A DNA stretch of 64,000 bases from Eledone cirrhosa (lineage: Eukaryota), in assembly GCA_964016885.1 (NCBI GenBank), contig OZ024740.1:401760001-401824000 (forward strand), in the 5' to 3' direction. The notes under the pieces were generated by a model, which saw nothing but the letters and a program-made list of their open reading frames with translations, was not told the origin of the DNA and did no database searches. The position numbers and the translations under genes were made by a program. Shown here in pieces: positions 13,490 to 29,990 of the stretch (position 1 is its first letter; each line of letters begins with the position of its first letter).

Positions 13490-13757
13490 GCAATCCGATA
13501 CGACGATGCTTATTCCAGTTCATCCAAACAACGGAGCAGCCTTCTGGTTAAATTAACGTGTTAGTGGCTGAGCATTCCACAGACACACGTGCACTTAACG
13601 TAGTTCACAAGGAGATTATGTGTGAAAGGCTGGCCCTTCGAATTATACGTAAATCTAATTTGTGCCAGCTCAAGGACACAAAGCGCCCTCGTGAATCGAA
13701 CTCACGACCTTGCGATTGTGAGCCACGTAACCTAACCACAAAGCCACGCGCCTTCAC
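13490..13757 (-). mobile_element. tRNA-derived CORE-type SINE
   Basis: Reverse complement: ggcgcgtggctttgtggttagg (box A)...gtgagttcgattc (box B)...gtgtccttgagctggcac. Confidence 0.65.
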
Positions 13758-14323
13758 ACTCACACGCACACAAACAGACACACACACGCACACATACATA
13801 CATATATATATATATAAGAAAGTATGGTAAGAAAGCAGGTGGACCATAACGCACCAGAATACTCGATATTTAAGGTAGTAGAGTGGGTAATAGGAAAAGA
13901 GTCATGACCCCGACGGCTGAGCTCCGGCCGTTACGACAGCTAGATAGGATCTAGCTGTCGTAACGGCTGGACTCTTTTCATATATATATATGTGTGTGTG
14001 TGGGGGGGGGGTATATATATTTGTATAAAACCTCTCCCCTTTATGGAACATATTATCTACGTGAAATCATTTTCACAGGCCTGTATTATATTTGATGGAA
14101 TTCTAGCCTACCGACTTACTAAGTCAATATCGTACGCAGAGGAGATTTTGTGAGGTCGAATCAACGCCATTGATTTGAATAGATTTGATTAGAGACCATA
14201 TCCTTCCTTACAACATCATTTAAAATGTACAAAACAATTAGATCCGTACAGGATATAATAGTTCTCGTTTCTTGTTCCGCCTGATCTACACCGTATCACA
14301 GAGAGTTTTGTCATACACACATG

Positions 14324-14404
<81 letters not shown>

Positions 14405-14536
14405 GTGTGTAAGTACGAAAAACAGTGTACGTCTATGGTATGATAAACAAAATTACAATTGTGATATATATATATATATATATATATAAAGAAACACAGA
14501 ATCGCATACACAACCACAAACACACCACTGTCAGAT

Positions 14537-14588
<52 letters not shown>

Positions 14589-14687
14589 CCATTTAATCTG
14601 TGTGTGTGTGTGTAATTACGCATGAATATTTATATTGTATGCTGTTCAGACGGCCGGAGCTCAGCCGTCGGGCTCTTGAATCTTTTC

Positions 14688-14839
<152 letters not shown>

Positions 14840-16050
14840 TGGATTGGCAGTATCGATAGAGGGTCGGACGCTATGCTTAGACGCACAGAGTTACGGCCCT
14901 TGTCATTCTGAGTTCGAATCCCACCGAGGTTTACTTTGCCTTTCATCCTTACACGGTTGATAAAATAAAGTACCAGTAATGCACTGGGTATTTGCTGGCC
15001 TTGTGCCAAAAAGTAGAAACAATTATATATATATATACGTATATATATATATATATAACAAAGGAATTGTGGTAAGGAACCAGATGGACCATAACGCACC
15101 AGATTACTCAATACTTAGTGTAGTAGAGTGGGAAATATACTTGTTCCTATATATATATACATACATACATACATACATATATCCCTATATTGTCAGCAAT
15201 GAGGATCATTCCCTTTTAATCCGCGACATTCATCGTACAACCTCCGAGATTGGACCGAATATTTCAGTTAATATTTCCACTTAAAATTCGGTTTTGGTGG
15301 AAGTATATGCGCAGGGAGGGATTTCCAGGGCCCTTCGGTCTAGGTTAAATGGAGTGTGAGCTGTAGTTAAAATATACACGATATGCTTGAAGAAATATGG
15401 AGGTTCGAATGATTTGGAAGTGCCTGAATGATTGTGGCATTTTAGTAGCTGCATAGGGTGGACCAATATTCATTATATTAGTTGTGGAAAACGCAAAACA
15501 ATGAGACAGCCCATATGTAACCTGAGGCTCGGAGCAGCCTAGAGTGTCCATCCTTACAACAAAACAGAGTCCCAGATTTTCTTTTGAGATCGACCACTCT
15601 TTGAGATACCTTCTTCACTATGCTATAGATGAGCTTTCACTGTGAGCTTTTCTGTTGATTTGAAGTTTGGCATTTGATGTGTCTAATTAGGTAATGACGA
15701 TGTTTAAAGTATAAGATATTTGATAATGTTTTATAGCTATGAGTATGGGTTCAATACTTTCCCTGCTGAAGGGTACGAGATTGACCTGACTTTATCAGGG
15801 GACAAATTCTAAATCTCTGTTCATTGAGTAAGAAGGAAGAATATGAACGAATGAGGGTTATTATCATACACATACATACAGATACGCACACATGTAAACA
15901 AACATACACACAAGCACACAAAATAGATATTTATATATGCATGTATATGTATTTACACACACACACAGATACGCGCACACACGCATACATACATACACAC
16001 ACACGTATATATATATATATATTAGTACATATGTATATATATATATATAT

Positions 16051-16657
16051 ATATTGTTATATTTGGGGAGGGTCATATTTGCGTAATATTGCCAGAATTA
16101 ATAACAGAACACACTCACTGTTTGGTTGGTTTTCGCTTCTCGCTGTCTTTTATATATATATATCTGCGATCTAACTTACTCGGTCCTCAATGTTGCCATT
16201 GACTGACCGGCGGTCAAAAATAAAATAATACAGATACAATATAGACAAACACATATATATATAGTTTACATAAATCTTTCGTTGCACATCTGCAACATCG
16301 TCAGTGGTGTTATATTCATTGTTCCTCCTGTTGTGTTGTATGTCTACGCCAAAAAATGGCGTAGACATACAACACAACAGGAGGAACAATGAATATAACA
16401 CCACTGACAATGTTGCAGATGTGCAACGAAAGATTTATGTAAACTATATATATATGTGTTTGTCTATATTGTATCTGTATTATTTTATTTTTGACCGCCG
16501 GTCAGTCAATGGCAACATTGAGGACCGAGTAAGTTAGATCGCAGATATATATATATAAAAGACAGCGAGAAGCGAAAACCAACCAAACAGTGAGTGTGTT
16601 CTGTTATTAATTCTGGCAATATTACGCAAATATGACCCTCCCCAAATATAACAATAT
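16051..16657. repeat. ~600-bp near-perfect palindrome of an HHR-core-bearing repeat family; other pieces at 16658-16782 and 39361-39703
   Basis: Arms of about 300 bp centred at 16354. Each arm has CTGAC(G/A)A t gttgca gatg tgcaac GAAAG. Confidence 0.85.
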
Positions 16658-16782
16658 CTGTTTCGACACACGATTTCATATAAAAAACCTCGCAAAACTA
16701 TATATATATATATATATATATATGGGGAGGGTCATATTTGCGTAATATTGCCAGAATTAATAACAAAACTAATTCATCGCCG

Positions 16783-17918
<1,136 letters not shown>

Positions 17919-18249
17919 ATATATATATATATCATATATTTATATCCCATATATATATATATATATATATATCATATATCATATATATATATTGTGTGTG
18001 TCTGTTTATATTTGTATGTATTCCCACTCATACATATGTATAGAAATTGTTTTAATTTTCCAAGCTATTTCCGTATATATATTAACATCGTAACATTTAT
18101 TGAGTAGTCCTTCTTTCGTCTAAACTAAGAGGAGAAACAAATGTCCATAGAACTACATTCATACATACACACAAACACATATGTGAGTGTATGTATGAAT
18201 GTATAAGTATGTGTATGTATGTATATGTTGTATGTGTGTGTATATATAC

Positions 18250-18307
<58 letters not shown>

Positions 18308-18741
18308 ATTTATATATATATATATATTACATACAATTGATATTAAATAAATGGAAACTATATTTATAAAACCATATTTATTCTATTATATATAATTCAA
18401 GGGTACCAACAAATTTGTTTGGTACGCTATCATCAGATAACATACAAAACGTTTTATAAATATTTGACATGACCAAGGATGATATACATTAACGGTTCAA
18501 ATTATCTCTTATACATATATAAATATATATATAAAATTATATATAAATATGTACATATGTATATATATATATGTATGTAAATATATATGTACATATATGT
18601 ACATATATATGTATATATATATGTACATATGTATATATATATATATATTTATGTGCATGTGTGTACATATATGTATATATGTGTATATACATATATGTAC
18701 ACACATGCACATAAATATATATATATATACATATGTGTGTT

Positions 18742-18836
<95 letters not shown>

Positions 18837-18837
18837 T

Positions 18838-18868
<31 letters not shown>

Positions 18869-19259
18869 TAATACATACATATATGCATATTTGCATTCAC
18901 CCACTTATGTCCAGTCGCACTCAGATGCAGACGGGTTTAACACGAGCAATTTCATACTTACACTTGTAAACAAAATAATGAATATATGTTTAAAAAGTAA
19001 ATATAATAAGTATACTATTAATTCAATTTTATTGTCCCAGGTTATTGTCGTAAATCAACACTAGTACGCATTACAGTGGAAGAGATTCGAACTTGTAAAT
19101 TCGGACATATCGTTATGGATCTAAATGGAATGAATTGCAAGAGATCATAATAAGCTGTAAATAAATAGTTCTATTATATTTAGTATTTGTATTCTCACGC
19201 ACACACAAACACACGCACATATAAACACACCCACACAAACAAACACAAACACATACAAA

Positions 19260-19374
<115 letters not shown>

Positions 19375-19467
19375 GTATATATGTGTAGGTGTATGTATAT
19401 ACACACACACACACACAAATATATCTATATATCTATATTTATATACATATATATATATATAAATCTA

Positions 19468-19503
<36 letters not shown>

Positions 19504-19546
19504 CACACACACACATTTATATACATACTTATATATAATATATATA

Positions 19547-19591
<45 letters not shown>

Positions 19592-19604
19592 TTATATATA
19601 TACG

Positions 19605-19691
<87 letters not shown>

Positions 19692-19794
19692 ATATAAATA
19701 TATATATTTATATTATATATATTTATATATATATGTGTGTGTATATATATATATATAAATATATATATTTATATTATATATATTTATATATATA

Positions 19795-19871
<77 letters not shown>

Positions 19872-20123
19872 CTATATATATGTGTATATAAATATATCTA
19901 TATATATATATACGTATTTATATGAGCATAAAACAATTCTATAATATAGTTTTCAATGCGTTGCTAAATTTTCATTTTTTTTTTATGCACAAACGTGTTC
20001 ATACATTTCCATAAACATGCAGTCATACTGCTACTTGATGTATGTACAGGTATATATGAATATATATACCTGTACATGTTATGTATATATATATATAATA
20101 TATATATACATATATATGTATAT

Positions 20124-20158
<35 letters not shown>

Positions 20159-20758
20159 TATTATATGTTCAAATCTCGCCGAGGTTAACTTTGCCTTTCA
20201 TCCTTACGGGGTCGATAAAATAAAGTACCAGTAATGTACTTGGATAATTGCTGGCATTGTGCCAAAAGTAGAAACAATTATTATATGTGTGTATGCCTGT
20301 GTATGAGTGTGTGTATGTGTTTTTTTTAATTAGTCTGAAAGAGAATGAGGATTCTCATGATCCTTTTCTATTCAAGGACCCGCCAAATACTAGTTGGATT
20401 GGGGTAGTGTAATGTGAAAACCACAGAGCAGGGTCTAATAGTTATAAATGCATTTATATGAAAGCTTGGTGTGTTAAATCGAACGACATTATAAATTTAG
20501 CCTCGGTGTAATGCACAGAGAGATTTGAACACAACTTTGAAAGCAGGAATAAATACGATGGATATTCTAACAATTTCATGCATCGACCGGACTAGATTGC
20601 TCATCTAATGTATCGATCTTATAAGATGAGAATTAAACCACATCGACTCGGGACAAAGTCAACTCTATTCTGAATGTATGTACGTATGTTTGTGTGTGTG
20701 TATGTAGGTATGCAAGAATTTATGTATGAATGTATGTATGATTGACTACTCACACACA

Positions 20759-20798
<40 letters not shown>

Positions 20799-20843
20799 GT
20801 GTGTGTGTGTGTATATATCTCTATATATATATATGTCTCTCTT

Positions 20844-20894
<51 letters not shown>

Positions 20895-20931
20895 TATATA
20901 TATTCTATATATATATATATATATGTATATG

Positions 20932-20982
<51 letters not shown>

Positions 20983-21076
20983 ATATCCCAAATTAAGATA
21001 ATCAAAATGATGGGTGTCATGCCAGAAAGACATGCGCCATATCCCCAGTTATTATATATTATATATATATATACGC

Positions 21077-21117
<41 letters not shown>

Positions 21118-21341
21118 GAATATATATATATGTATTATGTATATATATATATCATTTAGTAATAATAAATATGAAAATTGGAAGAGGGTTTGATATGGAT
21201 TGTATATAAATCCGTAAAGCAAATATTAAAACTGTACTAATAATAAATAATTTATATATATATATATATAAAAGTTTATCCCGGGTTCAATCGGGAGTAA
21301 CCAGAATAAGTAAGGTACTCAATACAAAGCAGAGTATAAAA

Positions 21342-21386
21342 TTCCTGATGATTTCTCCGGAATGAAACAATTCTAGTCTTGTAGAA
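21342..21386 (+). ncRNA. Type I hammerhead, same family as 47677
   Basis: ttc CTGATGA tttctccggaat GAAACAA ttctagtc TTGTA gaa; stem III is ACAA/UUGU, compensatory relative to the 47677 copy. Confidence 0.72.
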
Positions 21387-21431
21387 GCCTTTCTATATTA
21401 AACATATATATATATATATATATTTATATTC

Positions 21432-21544
<113 letters not shown>

Positions 21545-21545
21545 C

Positions 21546-21600
<55 letters not shown>

Positions 21601-21670
21601 TATTTTTATTTATATATACATAAATACAATACATATATACATACATACATACATACATACATACATACAT

Positions 21671-21748
<78 letters not shown>

Positions 21749-22132
21749 ATACATATATCTATATTGAAAATGAAGGTTTTTTTAAAATATAAAAGCATTG
21801 GTTTTCTTTTTATATATTTATGCTTTGCCGACCTCACTCTCTTTAACACCAAGAACAATATTCGTAACACTAATCCCTTACATACTGTAGACCTTAAACG
21901 CTCATTGTGCTTTTCACACCTTAACAAAATTAACACTGGGATATTACATTATAATCACTCATATATACATACATAGACAAACATACATACACATATACAC
22001 GCATACACATACATATATATATATGTGTGTGTGTATGATTATATATAAATATATATATGTACACAGACATATATATATATATATTTATATACTATAGATA
22101 TATTTCTTGTATAAGTGTATGTATATATTTAC

Positions 22133-22163
<31 letters not shown>

Positions 22164-22623
22164 CGCGTGTGTGTGTGCGTGTGTGATTATATATAAATAC
22201 ACACACACACTCACATACACACACATATATATATATACTATACATATACGATAGATATATTTCATGTATAAATTTATGAATATATTTACATATATATGAA
22301 TGTGTGAGTGTGTGTGTATGTATGTATAATATATGTATGTATATATAATAAGGAAGAGTGTGAGAGAGATAGAGAAAGAAAAATGAGAGGGATAAGGAAA
22401 GGCAGAAAGGCAGAAAGGCGAGGATATAGTGAAATGGAGATAAAGTATAGATAGATAGATACAAATGTGAATATGAATTTACATTAAATAACATTAATAA
22501 TTATGATATTAATATCGAAGACAAAGGTCATATAACAAGGAAAGAAAAATATAGAAAGGAAATAACTAACTAGAAAGATAATGAAATAGCTTGTTAAAGA
22601 AATAAAAGAATGAAAGCACTACT

Positions 22624-22689
<66 letters not shown>

Positions 22690-22914
22690 AGCGGATACAT
22701 GTGAAATAGAGACGAGACAAGCTGTTTGCTGTTTTGCATCATGACTTGTCTGAAAAACCAATCAACAAGCAAGAATAACTGAGAATTACTAAAGAAAAAA
22801 ATATTTACGAAACGAAACGCAAAAGAGGAAAGAAAAGAAAAATGAAGCTGACGCAGAGAAGGCGATGAAAGCAAGAAGTGGGAGGTATAGAGCGGTACTA
22901 ACCCCCGCCTCCTT

Positions 22915-22979
<65 letters not shown>

Positions 22980-23006
22980 TTACGACTACTACCACCGCCA
23001 CCAACA

Positions 23007-23058
<52 letters not shown>

Positions 23059-23086
23059 CACCACCACCACCACAACCACCAGCACC

Positions 23087-23156
<70 letters not shown>
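22915..23156. repeat. (ACT)n/(ACC)n trinucleotide microsatellite; another (ACT)n at about 31477-31567
   Basis: Direct inspection; source of the poly-T and poly-V ORFs. Confidence 0.95.
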
Positions 23157-23157
<1 letters not shown>

Positions 23158-23325
23158 CCCCTCGTTCTTTCTCTCCTCATCTGTAACCAAAGGCGACGAG
23201 AATAAAAGAGCAACAAAGACCCTAACAACAACAATAACGACTAGGAAGGAAGATGAACAAGCAAGGAGGAATGAGAAAACAGCGTTGACGAGGGAAATCT
23301 CTCTATATATATATGTGTGTATATA

Positions 23326-23528
23326 CAATATATTAACAAATGGAAACTATATATGTAAAACCATATTTATTTCATTATACATATTTCAAGGGCCACCAGA
23401 GCAAACTATGGTGCGCTTTTATTGTTAATATATTGTATATTTATTTACTCCAATAATTTGTTGAGTGCTTTATATCAGTTATAAAAATATTTTGCTTGTT
23501 GTATCCCAACAAATTAAATATAACCTCT
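23326..23528. repeat. AT-rich interspersed family between TA tracts; copies at about 18340-18510, 24708-24858, 46650-46842 (inverted), 50570-50700 (partial)
   Basis: Shared start atatta(a/c)caaatggaaactatat..aaaaccatattt. The opposite strand of the 18.4-kb copy reads CTGATGA tagcgtac CAAAC aaattt GTT, possibly a decayed HHR. Confidence 0.6.
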
Positions 23529-23529
23529 A

Positions 23530-23564
23530 CATATGTGTGTATGTATGTATGTATGTATATATAG

Positions 23565-23648
<84 letters not shown>

Positions 23649-23672
23649 AGATATACACATACATACAAATAT

Positions 23673-23704
<32 letters not shown>

Positions 23705-23815
23705 GTGTGTGTATGTATGTTTATCTGTATATAAATATATATATATACATATATATATACATATACATATATATATATACTTATATATCTATCTATCTAT
23801 CTATCAATATATGTA

Positions 23816-23857
<42 letters not shown>

Positions 23858-23900
23858 TATATGTGTATATATATATATATTTATATGTATATATATATGT

Positions 23901-23931
<31 letters not shown>

Positions 23932-23963
23932 CATATAAATATATATATATATATACACATATA

Positions 23964-24002
<39 letters not shown>

Positions 24003-24007
24003 ATATA

Positions 24008-24043
<36 letters not shown>

Positions 24044-24070
24044 CATATATATATACATATAAATATATAT

Positions 24071-24130
<60 letters not shown>

Positions 24131-24309
24131 ATATATATATATATACACATATATATATATATATACATATATATATGTGTATATATATATATATTTATAT
24201 GTATATATATATGTATATATATGTATATATATATATATTTATATACATATACATATGTATATAAATATATATATATATGTATATATATTTATATACATAT
24301 ATATATATG

Positions 24310-24367
<58 letters not shown>

Positions 24368-24461
24368 TATATGTATATAAATATATATATATATATATAC
24401 ATATGTATATATCTATATATATATATGTATATAAATATACATATATATATACATATATATA

Positions 24462-24524
<63 letters not shown>

Positions 24525-24537
24525 TTATATATATATT

Positions 24538-24568
<31 letters not shown>

Positions 24569-24631
24569 GTATATATATTTATATATATATTTATATACAT
24601 AAATATATGTATATATATATATATATTTATG

Positions 24632-24707
<76 letters not shown>
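23530..24707. repeat. Long degenerate (TA)n microsatellite, representative of dozens of TA/CA tracts (e.g. 18510-18890, 19260-19925, 42540-43210, 63190-63750)
   Basis: Direct inspection; source of the YIYI ORFs. Confidence 0.97.
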
Positions 24708-24711
<4 letters not shown>

Positions 24712-24917
24712 ATTAAATAAATGGAAAACTATATTTATAAAACCATATTTATTTCATTATATATATTTCGGGGATATCATATTAACAATATGCTATGCTT
24801 TTATATCAGTTATAAATATTTACTAGTTGTAACCCAACAATTTTAAATATAACTTTACATATATATATATATATATATTTATGTATATAAATATATATAT
24901 ATATATATATATTTATG

Positions 24918-25019
<102 letters not shown>

Positions 25020-25467
25020 TAGTGATATATATATATAGTGATAGATAGATAGATAAGTATATATATATATATTAAACGACATGGTACGTACAGTGATAGT
25101 GGTGGTGATGATGATGGTGTGGGCGTAGTTGGAGGATATAGCGACGCTACACCTATGGGCATGATGGTAGTGCTGGCGGTGTGAGTTATATAGTAATAGC
25201 CAGCTTGCTGGTGGTGATGGTCATTAAGGGAGTTTGGTGGTTAGGGGGGGGGGGGCTTGTGATGATAGAGTAGATGCCCTGCTGCTGGTTTTGATGATGG
25301 TCACGGTGGTGGTGGTGATAATGTTAATGATGAATGAGATAGTGATTCTGGTGATGCTGGTGATGCTGGTGTGGTGGTTATAGTCGTGAGATAGATCCTG
25401 GTCCTGTTAAGGACGGTGGTGCATGCTTTTAATTGAAAGGATACTTGGGTGAGACGTGTACTTGTAA

Positions 25468-25630
25468 TGATGTTGTTGGTGGTGATCATTGTGTAGGTGC
25501 TGGTGATGTTGTTGGTGGTGATCATTGTGTAGGTGCTGGTGATGTTGTTGGTGGTGATCATTGTGTAGGTGCTGGTGATGTTGTTGGTGGTGATCATTGT
25601 GTAGGTGCTGGTGATGTTGTTCGTGGTGAT
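25468..25630. repeat. 36-bp minisatellite, about 4.5 copies
   Basis: Unit gatgttgttggtggtgatcattgtgtaggtgctggt. Confidence 0.9.
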
Positions 25631-26919
25631 GTGAGTATGAGTGACGACAAAATCTGTTGGGGTATGGTAGATAAGGGAGTAATTTGATAATGGTGGGGTG
25701 ACACTGCCGGATATCATAACAGTGTTAGTGGTACTTGTTCTTTTTCTACGGGTCAACCCTGATCAGTCATTCCAACTGAGACCATCCCGCCTTTTTCCAA
25801 ATATACTACGCAAGTAGGATTTGATTTGAGTAAATTTAGCTGCTATTTCTAGTGGGTCAGTGTCCGCATACGCTACCTGGTTGGTTAGGGTAGCGTTTGT
25901 AGAACATAGTGAAGGTAATAATTATTTCTACTTTTGGCGCATGGCCAGCAATTACCCTAGTTTATTACTGGTACTTTATTTTATCAACTGCGTAAGGATG
26001 AACGGCAAAGTTGACTTCGGGTGGATTTGAACTCAGAACGTAAAGGGCCATAACTATGTTTCAAAGCATGGTGTCTGACGCTCTACCGATATTGCCAATC
26101 CACAAGGTAATAATTATTTCTACTTTTGGCACAAGGCCAGCAATTAACCAGTGTATTACTGGTACCCCCGTAAGGATGAAAGGCAAAGTTATAAGGGGTG
26201 GGTGCTACTGATGTCATGTTGGTGTTGATACAGGTAGTATTGGTCATTTGACTGTAAGGTAGCTACGAATGTTGGTGGTGGTGCTGGTAGTTGTAGTAGC
26301 AGTCTTTATGTTGGTGGTAGTGGTGGTAGTGGTGCTGGTGTTGATGTTAAGTGCTGGTGACAACGAAGCCGGTGACAACAGCGATAAATAGTGATTGTTG
26401 TAGTGGTATTGCTGCATATGGTACTGGTTACGGCTAAGAATGAAGGAGGCACTTGTTGTCATTGCTGTTTAGCCCTAGGTCAGTCCTGTTCAAATAGATG
26501 ATCAAGAGCATGAGAGCCGTGGACATCCCGCAATGTTTGGTATATTTGATGGGAGAACTTTGGTCCACATTATCCAACACGCTGTGTACTAAGACAGGCG
26601 AAGGGTGAGGCTAGAGATAAGTTTGGGTGTTATCACTACCAGGTCTAGATACTGCAGAAAAGAGCACCGAGTGCTGGTCGAAGTGGTGCTAACAATAGTA
26701 TCGTGGGGGCGGGAATGAATGATGGTAGAAGTGATAGCAGTGGTGGCGGAGGAGATATATATATATTAGTGTGTGTGTGTGTGTATGTGTGTTTGTGTGT
26801 GTAAGAGTTTAAGTATGTAGGTATGTTTACATGTGTGTATGTATGTATATATATGTATATATATGTATATATATGTATATACATACATACACACATACAT
26901 ACATACTTACACACATACA

Positions 26920-27006
<87 letters not shown>

Positions 27007-27509
27007 GTATGTATATATACACACATATATATATATATATATGTATGCATATGTGCATGTATATAAATACGCACACACACACACACACATATACATATAT
27101 ACATATACACATGTATGTGTGTGTGTAAGTGTGTTAGTGTGGTGTGTGTGTGTTGAGAAGGAGAAGGAGCTTGGTAGGAAATAAGGAAATAAATTGAGAT
27201 AACGAAAACAAATAAATAAATGAATATAGTAAATAAAACACAAAAAAGTAAAAATATAAATAAAAGTGAAAAGATAAACCCCCAAAATAAAGAAAATAAA
27301 GAATATTTATAATAAAAAGGAAAAGAAAAGAAAATATGACAAAAGCGTTAAGAAAGGCAGAAAGTCAGTAGTGACTTAATAAGAGTAGTGAGGGAGGGGC
27401 AGAGGGAGGGGCAGAAGGAGGAGTGTGAGAAGTGAGGAGGTGGTAAGAGGGGATCAGTGTGAGGTATAACAGGGAGGCGGATACTGTTAATGTAAGTGAA
27501 GCAAGAAGT

Positions 27510-27586
27510 AATAGATAGATAGATAGATAGATAGAGTGTGAGAGAGAGGGAGGGAGAGTGAGTGTGAAAGAGACAGACAGAGGGAA

Positions 27587-27623
<37 letters not shown>

Positions 27624-27757
27624 GTGAGAGATAGATAGATAGAGATAGAGAGAGAGAGAGAGAGCGAGAGACAGGAATAGAGACAGAGAGAAACAGAGAG
27701 AGACAGAGCTAGAGTGAGAGAGAGATAGAGAGAGAGCCAGAGGGAGAGAGAGCGATA

Positions 27758-27800
<43 letters not shown>

Positions 27801-27975
27801 TAAGCCATGGGAGAGAGCAGAGAGATGATGAGAGAGAGTGAGAGAGAGAGAGAGAGAGAGAGAAAGAGGGAGATTAAGCTATGAAAGGACAGAGAGATAA
27901 TGAGAGAGCGAGAAAGTGAGAGAGAGAGCGAGAGAGAGAGTGAGAGAGATTAAGCTGTGGTGAGAGAGAGAGTGA
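27510..27975. repeat. (GATA)n/(GA)n polypurine tract
   Basis: Direct inspection. Confidence 0.9.
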
Positions 27976-28257
27976 GTGACTAAGAGATAGAAAGTTAGAG
28001 AACATCGTCGAGTGAGAAAAGGGGGCAGTTATGAAAGACTGTGGAGAAGAGGAAAGTAATGTGAGGGAATAAAGAAGGGGCGGAGGAATAATGGGTGGGA
28101 ATAGGGGGTGGAGTATGAGGGAAGGGAATTATAGTGAGATAGCTCATGGTAAGAGGGGGAGGAAAGTGGAAAAAGTGTAAATGAGCAAAGAGGTATAAAT
28201 AGTGTGGGGGGGGGGGGGGTAATTATAGGAAGTTAAGGCTAAGAGGGAGAGAGAGCA

Positions 28258-28291
<34 letters not shown>

Positions 28292-28428
28292 GGAATTTAT
28301 ATATATATATATAGATCGATTACATGTATACATACATCCGCACATACACACTCCTATATATATATATAGAGAGAGATCGAGATCGAGATCGATTACATGT
28401 ATACATACATACGCACTTACACACACTC

Positions 28429-28478
<50 letters not shown>

Positions 28479-28534
28479 ATACATACATTTCATATATATA
28501 TGTATATATAAACACACACATATATATATGTATG

Positions 28535-28630
<96 letters not shown>

Positions 28631-28761
28631 TGGTTCACCATAATGATGGTGTTACTGTTACTGCTGGTAGTGATGGCTTTGGTGTAGTTGGTGGTGGTGG
28701 TGGTGGTCGTCGTGGTGTTGATGGTGGCGGTGGTGTTGATGGTGGTGGCGCAGGATGTTGC

Positions 28762-28850
28762 TGTTTAACTCTAATTCATCCTTGATTCAGTAGACCTATG
28801 ATCAAAAACATTCCAGCCGTGCCTAACTCTCTCCTTTCCTACGTATCCTT
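28762..28850. repeat. Old dispersed repeat fragment; relatives at about 25750-25860, 26465-26532 and 7465-7525 (inverted)
   Basis: Shared degenerate motif tgtttaac.c.aggtca.ccctgat..a..agacctatgatcaaa..cattccagccgtg.ccatccc. Confidence 0.45.
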
Positions 28851-29016
28851 TATAGGGTGTGATTTGAGGGAGATTTTGCATCTCTTTCTTGCAGGCTTGG
28901 TGGTGGTACTGTTGAGGGTAGGGATGGCAGTATAGTCTGCAGTATTAATAGTAGTAGCGGTGTGGGAATAAATTGTAGTAGTCGTGCTGTTATAAATGGG
29001 AGTAAGAGTGGTGGCT

Positions 29017-29680
29017 GCGGTGGTGGTGGTGGTGGTGGGACGGTGGTGGTGTTGGAGGTGGTGGTGGAGGGACGGTGGTGGTGTTGGGTGGTGGTGGAGG
29101 GACGGTGGTGGTGTTGGCGGTGGTGGAGGGACGTGGTGGTGTTGGAGGTGGTGGAGGGACGGTGGTGGTGTTGGGTGGTGGTGGAGGGACGGTGGTGGAG
29201 GGACGTGGTGGTGTTGGGTGGTGGTGGAGGGACGGTGGTGGTGTTGGGTGGTGGTGGAGGGACGGTGGTGGTGTTGGCGGTGGTGGAGGGACGTGGTGGT
29301 GTTGGAGGTGGTGAAGGGACGGTGGTGGTTGTAGTAGTTATTGTGTAAGGGACGAGGGTGGAATTAAAAAAAGGGAGGGGGAGTGACACAGCGATATAGT
29401 AATGGTGGAAGCGACGTTGGTGGCGTAATGTAGGGTAGTGATGATGGCGGTGGTAGTGTGGTGGTGGTGGTGATGGTGGTAGTCATGCTGGTGGCGGTAG
29501 TGGCGGTAGTGGTGGTGGTGGTGATGGTGGTGGTAGTGGTGGTAGTGGTGGTGATGGTGGTAGTGATGCTGGTGGTAGTGGTGGTGGTGGCGGTGATGCT
29601 GGTGGTGGTGGTGGTGGTGGTAGTGATAGTGGTGATGGCGGTGGTGCTGGTGGTAATAGTGGTGGTGGTGGTAGTGATGG
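29017..29680. repeat. G-rich (GGT)n-derived minisatellite and degenerate triplet repeat
   Basis: Units of about 27 bp (ggtggtggagggacggtggtggtgttg), followed by mixed GGT/GAT/AGT triplets. Confidence 0.9.
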
Positions 29681-29729
29681 GAGGAGCAGCAGCAGTTGTA
29701 TATATGTGTGTGTGTTTGAGTGTATAATG

Positions 29730-29814
29730 AGAGTGTTGACGGCGGTGGTCAGGATAAGATAAGGTAGGTAAGGGGTGCCTAAAGAAGATGACGGCGGAAC
29801 ACAAGAATAAAAAA

Positions 29815-29845
<31 letters not shown>

Positions 29846-29990
29846 AAAAAAGTTGAAGCCAGCTACTAGAGAAACTGTTAAACGAATATAGTCTGTACCA
29901 CGAGCTGCCAGCGAGTAGGTTGGCTTGCACAAGGCTTCTTTCTATATAATGTCGACACTGGAATCTAACTTTATGTCTCGGCTACAACAA
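29730..29990 (+). promoter_or_regulatory. Candidate Irx proximal promoter/TSS region
   Basis: Short unique, relatively GC-rich block with TATATAA at 29943-29949. It marks the boundary between the G-rich upstream repeats and about 2.2 kb of unique AT-rich sequence leading to the Irx exon. Inference only. Confidence 0.3.

Noticed and set aside
13660-13757. tRNA-like heads with A and B boxes (also 57400-57466 and the Meta-SINE copies)
   Set aside because: They continue into SINE bodies and do not form a complete cloverleaf; not tRNA genes.
22789-23428. Poly-Thr and poly-Val ORFs resembling mucin or membrane proteins
   Set aside because: They come from (ACT)n/(ACC)n repeats, with no domain or splice support.
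25468-25630. 36-bp repeat array superficially like CRISPR
   Set aside because: Direct tandem units with no spacers, no cas genes, and a eukaryotic context.
28850-29932. Pro/Thr/Gly/Val-rich ORFs
   Set aside because: Products of the (GGT)n minisatellite, open in many frames on both strands.
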